A DNA stretch of 64,000 bases from the NCBI RefSeq assembly GCF_009914755.1, contig NC_060935.1, one strand, 5' to 3'. The notes beneath the pieces were generated by a model. It had not been told where the DNA came from. It saw only the letters and a list, made by a program, of their open reading frames with translations, and ran no database searches. Source of the stretch: the human T2T-CHM13v2.0 reference genome, Homo sapiens. Of this stretch, positions 16,631-32,642 are shown piece by piece (positions within the stretch are counted from its first letter, which is position 1; the number at the start of each line of letters is the position of its first letter). Made by a program: the position numbers and the translations under genes.

Positions 16631-17877
16631 AGGATATTTTAAGCCAGGGATGACTGTGATCCTGTTTGTGGTCTTAAAACCGAGATGAGGACTCTTGATC
16701 CTCCTGAAAATTTCAGTCCTGAAATTTCTGGTCACTAATCATGAACTAGAAATTAGACTTTGGTGACTCCTCATTTTCACATTTTCACTTAAAAAATTTA
16801 TTATTTGCATTTTTTCCCCCTCCTTGAAATGTTCTTCCCTCTGTCTTCTTGGTCTTTTTGAAATACATTTAAATAGCCTTTTTCCTTTTTTGTTGATTCT
16901 AAAATCCTCACGTTTTTGGAGTTTGAACTTGAGCTTGTCTCCAAGTTCTAGGGGTATTCTCTTTCATGACCTAGGACATAGTGCAGGGTCAGTGCTAAGT
17001 GAGATTCTGGAAGCAGAGTCTTCAGAATTCCAGGTATATTTTAGTTTTGCTGCTGGTTCAAACGGCTCATCTCAGTCTCGTTTTGCCTCTACAGAAAGTA
17101 CCTTTTTCTTCCTGAATTTTGGGTGGAAGAGGGTATACCCACCCTCTGGGGCCGTCATCAGGACTAAGTGGCTGATGATCATTTTCCATATGTTGGTTCC
17201 ACACTGACTTCAAAAGGGTATGAACAGCTTGCGTCTGGGAGGCTCATTAAGTTTCCTGGGCTCTCTGGACCACCTCCAGTTTAATGAGTTCATACAGTGG
17301 ACTAAAGAGCCTCAAAGATTATGAAATAGAAATGCCCTTTCTCTAAGCATATTTAGGGGAGGACACACTGACTGTTCCCTTTCCTGTTTAAATATGTTAT
17401 ATTTGTTTGCGAGATGGAAGAGGAAAGTAGAATGAAAAGAAATTAAAATCTCTGTAGACTTGAGCTATTTGCATACATAGGACACCATGAAAAGGACATT
17501 TAGTGGATTCAGAACTCAACGTGGGTGGGGAACGAAACAGAGGGTAAAAAGACTGGCTTTGCAAAATAAATAACAGTGTCACTTGGAAGTGGTGATCTGA
17601 GTGAAGATATGGAAATAATGTGGTAAAGACTAAACCAGAAGTAGATATACCAGAAGAAGACATAATCAAAACAACACAGAGATCAGAACTACAGAGATGT
17701 AGATGTTAATGGGAGAACAAAGTAGAGTTATATGGTGACAGTCAGTCACAACTGTGGAGGGAGGAAGGCCAGGCCACAAGGACGATGGATTTAAATGCCA
17801 TTTTATTAAAATTTTAATTACTGTCCACTTGCATTGCCTGAGATTTTGGGATGAACATATTTGTGTCTGTGCATGTA

Positions 17878-18331
17878 TGAAACCAACCAACGGTCCCATA
17901 GATAGTTTTTTTGGGTAAACATAGAAATTGACCCTTCTGGTCTTAAAGCTTGAAACTTACATTTTTTTAATATGTGTTCCTTCCTTAGGAAATGATCTTC
18001 AGGCCTCTTAAAAAAAATATCAAAGAACTGAAACTCACCAGATCACCACATTCTGACAGTTAGATGTCAGAACCCCTCATTCATTACAATTGTTTCCTTG
18101 CCTCTCCCAGTTCTGTGTGTGTGTGTGTTTTTTTTTTTTTAACACGTTGTTACATTTCTTCCCTAAAACCTCTAGTTTTAGTTATTCAGGGAGACTGATT
18201 TAAGACTGAGTCTCCTCGGCTTTGCCACCCGATTAAAGCCTTCTTCCTTGGCAATAATCATCATCTCAGCCATTGGCTTTCTTTGCGGAAAACAGCAGGA
18301 TGTAGACCCAACTTGTGGTATTTCTGTAACA
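17878..18331 (+). mobile_element. ERV1-class solo LTR (MER66-like; subfamily tentative)
   Basis: TG...CA termini (tgaaacc...gtaaca), ATTAAA signal near the 3' end, flanks tgta/tata. Confidence 0.75.
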
Positions 18332-18899
18332 TATATACCCACATGTAAACACTACTGTTCTTCGTCCTGGGAAGAAATTCAACATTGGCCATAAGAAGTC
18401 TCCACTCTGTATGTGCTTACCATCTATTTTTAAATGACCTGTTTGGTATTATTGTCACTGGCTTTTTAAAACAATTGCTTATTGTTCGCTTACTTGTAAA
18501 TCAATATAGTAGGTATGGTTGGATATGCAGAACTTTCCCCTGACCTTAAGTAATGAAGAATTTATGAAAAGAGGGAAAACGTGCACGTGGGTCTCTGAGT
18601 AAGGTGTTGTATAGTAATGTGGTGAGTGGCACAAGAGTGATATAGACCTAATGTTGCTGGAGTTAGAGGAGGTCCCCATTTCTTCCGGCCATGATGAATA
18701 AACAAGGATTGGGAAGGCAGTCCTTGATGTGATGGAATTCCAGGATGGCGTGGGCTGGGTCCCAGAGGAGAGAAACTATGCAGTGTATTTGGGAAGCCAT
18801 AAGTATTACAAGTTTGCTGGAGTCTTGAGCAATGGAAGATAAAACTAGAAAGAGGGCATTGTCTACTAGGAACACTCCTACTACTAACCATGTTCCCAA

Positions 18900-19110
18900 T
18901 TATTTGGTGCTTACTGTGTCCCAGGCTCTGGGGAAAGTGCTTTACCCACTGGATTTTTTTGAATCCCCTCAAGATCCCTATGAGGTCAAGACTGTCATGA
19001 TCGTGATTTGACCCAGTAGGAGACTGAGTTTCAGAGAAATTGAACAACTTGCTGGGACTTGGGTGAGAGCGAGGTTGTGTGAGTCCTGGGCTTTTCCAGC
19101 CCCACAGTCT
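18900..19110 (-). mobile_element. MIR
   Basis: gcttactgtgtcccaggc..ccctatgagg..gactgagtttcagagaaattgaacaacttgc. Confidence 0.7.
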
Positions 19111-19398
19111 TGCTTTGGTAGATGGGGTAGTGATGAGGCCACAGAGACCCAGCTTAGAACTTGGGGTTTGGGCTTTGGGACATAGGCACTGGGAAGGCTT
19201 TCCCTTGCTCAGGGCTCTGTTTGGAAAGCCTGGAGTTAGCCTCTACTTTGGAGGCTGTCGTCTGTCTGAGTGTAACCAGGGCCTGGTCTAGGCTGTCAGA
19301 TGCAGGCTAGAGGGAAGAAGGCCCAGATTTGGACACCATTGAGGGAATGGTTTCACTTGAATGGTGAGAGTAGAAGCTGGGTTTGTAAATTAGGGTTG

Positions 19399-19696
19399 AG
19401 CCTGGGTGTGGTGGCTCATGCCTGTAATCCTAGCACTTGGGGAGGCTGAGGTGGGAGGATCACTTGAGCCCTGGCGTTCAAGACCAGCTTGGGCAACATG
19501 GTGAAACCCTGTCTATACAAAAAATACAAAAATTAGGTTGGACATGCTGGTGCACACCTGTAGTGCCTGCTACTCAGAAGCTTGAGGTAGGAAGATAACT
19601 TGAACCCAGGAAGTTTGAGGCTGCAGTGAGCTGTGATTATGCCACCACACTTCAGCCTGGGCAACAGAGCAAGACTGTCTCCAAAAAAAAAAAAAA
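19399..19696 (+). mobile_element. AluJ
   Basis: ggaggatcacttgagccc and gaggctgcagtgagctgtgat; degenerate TSD. Confidence 0.93.
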
Positions 19697-20451
19697 TAGT
19701 GTTGAGAAGAGTTGAGCTGGGGCGGAAGTGGAGGCAGCCAACTGAAACTGATTAGTATAATAAACACAATTCCCAGGCTTGGATATTATGGACCAGTAAA
19801 GTAATGAAAAAAAAGAAAAAAACAAAAGCTTGGGCTCTTGATGTTGAGTCACCCGCTTTTATTTGATCAGATGAGAATAATGAAAACCAAATCACTCTCT
19901 AATTATCCAATCATTATTTTCTAAAATAAATTATGTTTTAATACAAAAATGTTGTAATGGCTCATCAGAATGAAGGATGGTCCTGTAAGTGGAATAAGTT
20001 TAATTCTAAGAAGAGCTTGCTGCAATTGTGCCTTCATTTTCTACTTTTGTTGCTAACCTGTGAACCCTTTTTCACGGACCAGGGTGTTCTTGTAACACAC
20101 ATTTGGGAACTGCTGGTAGAGACTATTCTGTTCAGAGGCTTGACTGGAAGAGAGGAGGCTCCAAGGCTGTGGCTGGGGGCCATGGGAGGGTGTAGGTAAT
20201 TTGTTTTCAGGTATGTGGGTATTTAGGGTTTCAGGAAGAGTTTTCTAAAGCAGGAAGTCCTCACTATGTGCCGAGAAACTGGGGAGGCCTTTGTGAAGAT
20301 AGGAATGGGTAAAAAATTCTGGAGAGAGGAGGGAGGAAACCAAAGAGAGATGGGGGAATAAGATTTATTTAGCATCTGCCAGGCGTATGTTAGGAGAGAG
20401 GTCTGTCTCATTTAATGCTCTTAAATAGTCTTTGGGGTCAGAGACACACTA

Positions 20452-23600
<3,149 letters not shown>

Positions 23601-23679
23601 CGTGTGGCCTCATCATTTGGTAACTGGCAGATGGGACTCTGTCGTCTACAGATCTGTTTACGAACAGCCCTTTCCTAAG

Positions 23680-23880
23680 TGCATATGGTGTGCGTACCAA
23701 GTCCCCGGCTCAGAGTCACGATTTTATACACAGGTTCCAGCCGTGGAATCCACATGCCTCAGACTGGGGGGCACTTCCCCCTCAGGACACCGAAGCTCAG
23801 AGAGAGGAAAGAAATCCCTAATATTCCAGATGCAGCCAGGATTTCAACCCAGGCCTCTGTCTTCTCGGTCGAGGTCCTTC
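23680..23880 (-). mobile_element. Degenerate MIR
   Basis: gaagctcagagagagg..gcagccaggatttcaacccagg resembles MIR. Confidence 0.5.
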
Positions 23881-24846
23881 TCACTTCATGTCCATGGAGG
23901 CTTCTCTGCTCACGCTGGTGTGAACCCCAAGGGGCTTCCCCTGAAAACTCATAATAGAATCTTTGAACAGCTGCCCAAGAACAGATTTCAGATTTTCAGC
24001 CATTTTCCTCTTTTAATGGAAGCTCTGACTGGCTAGTTGGTTAATGGGTCCCAGGTTCTCCCAAGCCACTTAACTTCCTAATTTTCAAGCATTATCCATG
24101 GAGAAAATCCACTCTGCAGAAGCTTATGACTTAATGAGCTCAGTCAAAGTCAATCTGAAGTTGCAGGCAGCAGCTTTGATCATTGTGATAGGCGTTTTGG
24201 TTTCCACCGAGCAGAGAATGGGAAAAAGCTTTGCCCATGATTTATTAATCACTTCCTTGGCTGAGCTTTCTTGCCTGGCTCTCCTGGGAAGCACCAGTGT
24301 TGAGGTTGCTCAGGGTTCAGCCTCAGCATGGGCTTTAGGTGTCCATAGGCCCCGTGTTGCCTTGTTTCTGGAAGGCTTTGCTGAGCTGGAATGCAGCCAG
24401 ATGTTGGAACCAGAGGTGCACACCTTGAGTAAACTCCTCTCTGCTTTCAAGCAGCCCTTGAGGCCCCTTATTGGCAGAACCAGCTCCTCCAGGGAGGAGG
24501 CATGTGGGGCCCACGTGCATGCGTGGAGTTTTTTTCAGAGACCCACTGATAAAATATTTACTTCAGTGACATGGTACCAAGTCCTGCTTTGTTTATTTTA
24601 AAAGTCTTAATACAGCATTAGCCATGAGGATACCGGCTTATTTGCTTTTGGTTTCTTGCTTGTGGTTTTTGTTTTTATGAGGAGCAAAGAAGCTAGGCCT
24701 GATCTTCTGGGAAAGTAGCCTGCTGTATGTTAGCCACACACTGGAAGAGGAAAACTGTTCTGTGTGGAGTGCTTACTGTGTGCTCCGGGTACTGTCCTTA
24801 GTGCTTTTAGGTCATTATTTAATCCTCTCACAATCATTCAAGTAGG

Positions 24847-25291
24847 TGTCACAGGTTAAATTGTGTCCCCTGAAAAGGTACACTGAAGCCCTAAAACCTG
24901 GTACTTGTGAATGCAAACCAATTTGCAAATGGGGTCTTGACATATGTAATTCGTTAAGACACAGTTCTGTTGGACTGGAGTGGGCCCTAATTCCCATGAC
25001 TGGTGTCTTTGTAATAAGAGGGGGTACACAGACACTCACAGAGGGAAGATGGCCTTGTGAAGACAGAGGCAGACACTGGAGCATGTAGGTGCAGGGCAAG
25101 GAATGCCAAGGATTGCCAGCAACCTCCAGAAGCCAGGCAAGGAAGGATTCTGCCCTGGAGTTTTCAGAGGAAGCATGGCCCTGCCGACACCTTGAACTTC
25201 TAGCCTCTAGAATTGTGAAAGAACATATTTTTGTTGTTTTAAGCCACTCAGTTCGTGGCAATTAATTACAGCAGCCCTTGGAATTAGTATA
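24847..25291 (+). mobile_element. MLT1C-like MaLR solo LTR inserted in a MIR
   Basis: MLT1 motifs (gaagacagaggcaga, caaggaatgccaaggattgcc, gcatggccctgccgacaccttga, ttttaagccac); MIR pieces on both sides. Confidence 0.88.
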
Positions 25292-26007
25292 GTTAGAACT
25301 ACTTAGAAGAATATTAACCCCATTTTATAGATGAGTACATCAAGGCTGAGAGGTGTTAAGCATCTTGCCCCAGGTCACTCAGTTCATAAGTGGAGACAGA
25401 CAAATCAGGTCTTGCATAATGCCGCTGCCAAGTCCATGCATTCATTTTCATGATGGAGCCAGCAAGGTGGTAACTTTCTAATGCTGGGTATCTAGGACAT
25501 CTTAATGAGCAGTTTAGTCTCAAAGGGAGATTGCCCAGTTGCAGTTTAGATCTGCTTCTAATCCTGGATTTGGCCAGAAGATTCCTTGATTGACTCTGGG
25601 GGAACCTTTACCTTTATAGAGAGGATACAGGCCTGGTATTTTCTGTCCAGGGGATCTAAGCATGGGGTGGAGTATGCCATCTCTCCCTGGTGCTCAGCCA
25701 GGCCTGTGGGTCATCAAGGACCCAGCCCATTCTGCAGAGAGTTTAGACAGCTTGCCCAAAGTCTATCTGTAGTTGGAAGAAGCATGACTGGAAGGGAGAT
25801 AATGAAAGGGTGCCATTTCTTCCTGATCTCTCTAATTCTGCCTGTACCCTTACCCCCATCTGAACTCCCACCCCTGCCTACACTACCCTTCCATCTGGGA
25901 GAGAGAATAGTAGGCAGGGGTCATGTTTTGGAAAGGATATTATTTCAAGGGCGTTGGGACCCCAGTGAAAGATTTTATTGAGGGGAGTGACATGACCTGT
26001 TGGACAC

Positions 26008-26398
26008 TGTGGTGGGCTGATTTGCATCCCCAAAACTCATATGTTGAGCCCTAACCCTCAGTACCTCAGAAGGTGACTGTATTTGGAGATAGGGCCTTTA
26101 AAGAGATAATTAAGTTACCTGTTAGGCTGTTAGGATAGGCTGTAGCCCAGTTTGACCTATGTCCTTGTAAGAGGAGGAGTTTTAGATACACAGAGAAACA
26201 CCAGGCATGCACATACACAGAGGAAGGACCATGTGCAGACACAGTGAGAAGGTGGTCATCTGCAAGCCAAGGAGAATTCTTGAGAAGCCAAACCTGCTGA
26301 CTCCTTGAACTTGGACTTCCAGCCTCCAGAACTATGTCTGTCATTCAAGCCCCTCGGTCAGTGGCATTTTGTGATGGCAGTCCCAGGGTACGAATATA
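26008..26398 (+). mobile_element. MLT1B-like MaLR solo LTR
   Basis: gtgactgtatttggagatagggccttta..ttggacttccagcctccagaact. Confidence 0.88.
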
Positions 26399-26399
26399 G

Positions 26400-27080
26400 A
26401 ACCAAAAAGATGAATTGAGCCTCAGGGCGGAGAATGGATAGGGGAGCAATATTGTGGGTATTCAGAACAGCCGGGAACTCACAGGAAAGAGGAAGGTGGT
26501 GTGGACCAGGGAGATCTACAGAGGTGGGAGGAAGAGGACAGATTACAGAACTGTGTAGGAGCCTTAAAACTGATTATTGGGATGGGGAAGGAGTGGGGAA
26601 AGAATCCAGGAAGATCCCAGTATTCTATCTGAATGGATGGTGGCTCCATTCACTGGTTTATGGGAACACTGAAGGAGCTGCCGGTGTGGGGGAGGAGTCC
26701 CAGTTGTCAGTAAGATGTTCTCTGGCAACTGGTTTTTGTATCTGGAGCTCAGACAAGAGATCTGGGCAGGGATGGGGATTTGGAAAGTACTGGCATCTAG
26801 ATGACCACTCAGCTGTGGGTACCAATGAGGAGGAGGAGACGAAAACTTGTTAAGCACAAAACTCTGTGAAACCCCAGAGTTTCACAGAAACCAGATCTTA
26901 AGGGAAGGCACCACCGTAGGAGAATAAGAAGGGGAATCACCAGACCACTGTGCTGAGAAACTGAGGGAAAGACTGTTTCAGGATGACAGTTCAAGACACG
27001 GGCCAGGATTTAGGAGTTATCAGCATGGAGATGTTAGGGCGATTCATCAGTGAGAATCTTAAAGGGGGAAGAGCAGAGGA
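26400..27080 (-). mobile_element. L2 fragment(s)
   Basis: G/A-rich antisense L2 motifs (ggatggtgg..ccattcactg, tctggagctcaga..gagatctgggc). Confidence 0.6.
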
Positions 27081-27462
27081 CCAGAGAAACCACAACAGCT
27101 TAAACTTTTTTTTTTTTAATCGTTTGTTTTCAAATTGGTAATAGATATAATGGTATAAAATTGGAAAGAGAATTTCTCATCCCTGCTGCTTCACTGCACA
27201 GTTTACTGGTTACCCATTCTCCAGCCCAGAGGAAACCAGCCCTCAGATTCTTGTGTGCTACTTCAGAGGTAGCTGTTTACGTGCAAGAATGTATGTAGGT
27301 AGGTATGTCTGAGCAGATAGATAGTCTGAATTTAATTTCTTTGCAGAAACTGTAGCATACCATGCATCCTATTCTACAAATTATATGTATTTATTGATTT
27401 GAATTTTATTGTTTGAAAAAGAAATGCAATCGTATGGTTCAACATTTAAAAGGTATAAAAGA

Positions 27463-27767
<305 letters not shown>

Positions 27768-27840
27768 GGGAGCACATAATGAAAGCTGTCCTTTTGACCT
27801 GACCCCAGCTGCCCTGGTCTCCTCCCTGGAGGCACCTCAG

Positions 27841-27871
<31 letters not shown>

Positions 27872-28140
27872 TTGATTATTGTTGTCGTTGTTTACTTACT
27901 AAATATATTTCAGAGATCTCTCTTTCAGAATGGAAAGATTCCTTATTCTGTGTGTATGGTTCATGGTATTCTGTTATATATGCACTATAAATTATTTCAC
28001 TCTAAGCTCCTATTGGTAGACAGGTTGATTCACATCTTTGCTGTGACAAACAATGTTACATTGGATAGCCTTATGCATATGTCATTCTAAATACCTGTAG
28101 AAATGGAATTGTTGAGTTGAAGAGTCAAGGGTGTTTGTAG

Positions 28141-28464
<324 letters not shown>

Positions 28465-29069
28465 ACATTTGTAGTTTTGATAGTTACTGCCTTGATGTCC
28501 TCTAGAGAGGCTGCACCAGTATACTCCCCACCAGCACTAAATGAGGGTGCCATTTTTCCCATTGCTTTTCAATCAAGTGTGTTATCACACATTTTGATCC
28601 TAGTCAGTGTCTCATTGTGTTTCTCACTCTTATAATGAGGAAACATCTTTCCATAAGTGTAAGAACCATGTGTAGTTTCATTTCTATAAACTGTTTATAG
28701 CCTTTGCTTTTTTTTCCCTATTGAGTAATTAATCTTTTTCTTATTGATTTGTAGGAACTACTTACATATTACAGAAATTAGCCCTCTGTGATACAAGTTG
28801 CAGATATATTTTCTCTCTTAATCAGATTTATTAGTCTTTTCTTTCATAGTTTTTGGACTTTCACTTAGGAAGGCCTTCCTCACTCCAAAATTACACATTA
28901 AAAGCATGTTTTCTCTTTTGATGTATTTTTCTATTTAAATCTTTCCTCTACCTGGAATTTATGGTTATATCATGTGAGAGTGAGGGATCCAGCTTTATTT
29001 TTTTTTTTCAGGGGCTACCCAGTTGTTCGGATCATTTGTTGAACATTCATTCTTGCTCACTGACTTGAC

Positions 29070-29588
29070 CTCTCTTCTGTTGCTGCTGTGTAACAATATT
29101 ATCACAAACTCCATGTTTTAACACAGCACACACTTACTTACTATGTCACAGTTTCTGCGGGCCAGGAGCCTGGATACAGCTTAGCTGGGCTCTCTGAAAG
29201 CCTGAAATCAAAGTGTCAGCTGAAGCTGCAGTCTTATCTGAGACTCGACTGGGGAAGGATTCAATTCTTAGCTCAGGTTATTAGCAAAATTCATTTCCTT
29301 GCAGACAGCCAGATTAAAGGCCTCATTTTCTTGCTGGCTGTTGACTGGAGGCCAGTCTCAGTTTCTTGTCATGTGGGTCCTCCATACAGTCTCTTGTTTC
29401 ATCAAATCAGCAAGAAAGAGAAGGACTCCAGCATGATGGGAGCTGCAATACACACATCTGGTCACCTTCCATTTATGGATTAGAAGGAAGTTGCAAGTCC
29501 TGTCCACATTCAGGGGAAGAGGATCACACAAGGGCATGATGCCAAGAGGTGAAGACCATGGTGGGGCCTTAAGAGTCCACCTGCCATC
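29070..29588 (-). mobile_element. MLT1E/F-like MaLR LTR
   Basis: gctgctgtgtaaca..cacagtttctg..cagcttagctggg..ctcgactggggaagg..aattcatttccttgc. Confidence 0.8.
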
Positions 29589-31699
29589 CTAGGTTTATTT
29601 TACTTTAAATTTCTATGGGTATATACCTGCTTCTGTGACCCCACCAACTTTTAAGGAGTGAAGCCAGCTGCAAGAAGTAAATGCAATGGGGCTGAGCTCA
29701 TCTTTCCTGATTCCCTGGTTAGGTGTGGAGCCTAACTCTGTCCAGTTGTGGACTTCATTTCGTAAGACCCTTTGGCAGCTCTTCACTGGCTGAACTTGAT
29801 ACATATGCTGCCTGCTGACTTCATGTCCATAATCCATGTCTCCAGGCTGTGATAACCTAGGAACTGCTTGGGTATAGGACAAGCTTACTACCTGTTTCCA
29901 TACATTTGGCCCCGAAATTCTGTATTTTATTAGGGATTATGTTCATATTGTTAAATACTACTTTTCTGGCCACACCACTGCTTCTTGGTGAAATCAAGTG
30001 TGTCATTGCAACTTGAAGATGTTGTCCTAGTAGTAATAGCAAACAGCAGTAATAGCAAAGCTGTGGAGTGTTTGAGTTGCTGATGGATTAGTGCCAATCT
30101 CTCTCCCTGAAGAACAAGAGCATGCAGAACAGGCATCTGGAAGAAGGATGGAAATTCTGGCAGCTGTGTTCTCTGCATTTTCGTTTTCCCCACATTTCCT
30201 TAAGTCAATTTTGTTACCTACAGTTCCTGGCCAAAATAATGCTTCCATTTCCTTTCCCAAAAGTCATTATAGATTGATTGACCTGTAGGGGGTAGAGAAC
30301 TCAGACTCTAATTAAAAGATGATGGGTTAAAGGAAGTTAAAAACCAAAACGAAATAACAAACAGTATAGGCACTGGAGTGCAACTGGTGTAATCTTTGGT
30401 ACTGAGCTTTGTAGGACAGAGAGGTATAGGATGATGCCGTGATTCATGAGAGAAGGTTGGAGAATGGAACCTTCAAATGGGCTGAGCCAGAGAGCTGCCC
30501 AGGAACAGGAGGGAGCACTGGGGATTTTTTTTTTTTTTTTTTAGAAGAAGGGTGTGAAGCCAAAAAGAGTTGTCAGTTGTGTTTGGATGTGCTGATGGTG
30601 GTAGAGACTTCTGAGAACAGGTGAGTAGAGCATTGTGTGCCCAGGCTCAGGAGAATGTTCATATAGAAGATACCCTGGGCAGGTTGGGGAATCAGTTGAA
30701 GAGAGGGACCCTTTTTGATATCAGGTAAGAGGAGTTGGGCTGGTGAGGGGTGGAGGGGTCTCATTTTCCTAGGAGTGTAGGGTGCTGAAAGGAAGGATAG
30801 GGCCTAGTTCCTGAAGCAGAAATGTGATGATCTCAGAGTTGGGGACCACATGGATGGGGTGGGGTGATGTTGGCAGGAAACCTGCCTGGTAATTCTTTAA
30901 ACTTGTTGTGAATGAATGGCGTCATGGTAGAATTTGAACTTGGAAGTGTACACAGTTAGATCCTTATGTCCCTTCATAATTAAGACAGGCATAGTTGTAG
31001 GGATTAGTTCTGTGAGTCCAGCTCTTCCTGAGATGCAGAGGGGTCATATCTTGGTGGGAAAGGAGGGTAGGAGGCAATATGGGACTTTATGGATGTTGGA
31101 GCTGGAAAGTTTCTCCCCAAAACAGGTGATGAGAGTTGGCTAGGTGGCCTCCGAAGGAGATCGTGTACAGGAGAGGTATGGAGGCCCAGGGGCAATGGAT
31201 GAGGGATGCTTTCTGGAAACACAGACATAGACACAGTCAGGAAGGGGATGCTAGTATTTCCTGTGTACCCTCATTTCCTCCCCTCCTGTGACAGTGCATG
31301 AATTTGACTTCATTCATCATGAAACTTACTATGTTCCAGGCATCGTGTTAGTCACTTGGGGGTACTGAGTTGAATAACACAAAGTCTCTTCTCTAGGAGC
31401 TTAGTCTGGTGGGGGTGGGGAAGGACACTATGAGGTGTCTGAGACGATGTTGGAATGAATAAGTCTTCCATTTTCAAAAGAGTCTATTTTAGTTGAATTT
31501 TATTATATCGCAAGGTGGACGGTGATTTAAGGTGTGTGTTTGTGTGTGTGTGCGTGTGTGTACACACATGTCCATGCATGCATGTGTCTGTGTTTAGCTG
31601 TGTTGCTTTGGCTTTTTATTTATCTTGGAGTTCTAGAAATATGCATGCTTACAACATATTTACAAATGTGGTTTTTTGGGTGTTACTGATTTATTGAAA

Positions 31700-32130
31700 T
31701 TCAAGCTCGAATTCAATAACTCACCTTATTAGAATGAAAACTGCATTGCTCAGGCATGTGTTATGCCTATTGAGTGGCTTTCAGAGCCTGCTGGAGGTAG
31801 GTAATTCAGGGTGGCATGGTGCTAGCTCCATGCTATCAGGGACCCAGCTCCCCCTCTTACTTGGTATTCCTGTGCTAAGTACCTCATGGCCCAAGATGAC
31901 TGCTTGAATACCAGCCATGTCATCTGAATTCCAGTTGGAGGAAGGCAGAAGGCACCAAGAAGGATGGGCTCCGTCTTCTTAAGGATCCTTCCTGGAAGTC
32001 ACACACTGAACTTCTGCTTACATCCCATTGGCCAAAACGCAGCCACATTTTGTTGCAAAGAAGACTGGAGAATGTGCTTAAGTAAAATCAGGAGTCTTTT
32101 TAGTAATTAGAAAAGGAAAACATATAATGG
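31700..32130 (-). mobile_element. Old MLT1J/K-like LTR
   Basis: atcagggacccag..ccaagatgactgc..acttctgcttacatcccattggcca. Confidence 0.65.
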
Positions 32131-32313
32131 GGCCGGGAGGAGTGTATGAAGGGGTTCATTATGAAGGGAAGAGGACCAAATTCCAGAATTTTACTTCTGA
32201 AAACTTCACAGGGCTATTTTACAGAAAATATGATCATTCTCCCAAGCAGCTTTACTAGAGGAATAAGAGGTATCCTGGGAGAGTACAGGTAGGGAGAGGC
32301 CCAATGAGACGCC

Positions 32314-32642
32314 CGTCTTAGGTCCTTTCAAGCTGCTATAACAAAAAACCTTAGACTGGGTAATTTATAGACAATAGAAATTGATCACTCACAATTCTCT
32401 AGGCTGGGAAGTCCAAGATCAAGTCACCAGCAGATTCCGTGTCTGGTGAGGGCGCTCTGCTTCATAGGTGGTCCTCACATGGTGGGAGGGGAAAAAGGCC
32501 CTTTCAGGCCTCTTTCATAAAGGTGCTAATCCCATTCATGACCTAACCACCTCCTGAAGGCCCCATCTCTTAACACTATTACATTGGGAATTAGATTTAA
32601 ACATAAGAATTTTGGAGGTACACAGACGCTCAGACCATAGCA
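32314..32642 (-). mobile_element. MLT1A0-like MaLR solo LTR
   Basis: gctgctataacaaaa..agactgggtaattta..ggctgggaagtccaagatcaag..cagaccatagca. Confidence 0.88.

Noticed and set aside
23708-23725. Possible right-hand TSD of the WEE2 retrocopy (cagagtcacgatttt versus cagagacacactatttt)
   Set aside because: Needs indels to align and lies within a probable MIR; the 5' boundary is left unresolved
24098-24601. 167-aa + strand ORF in unique sequence
   Set aside because: No recognisable domain or splice context; length is compatible with chance in 64 kb
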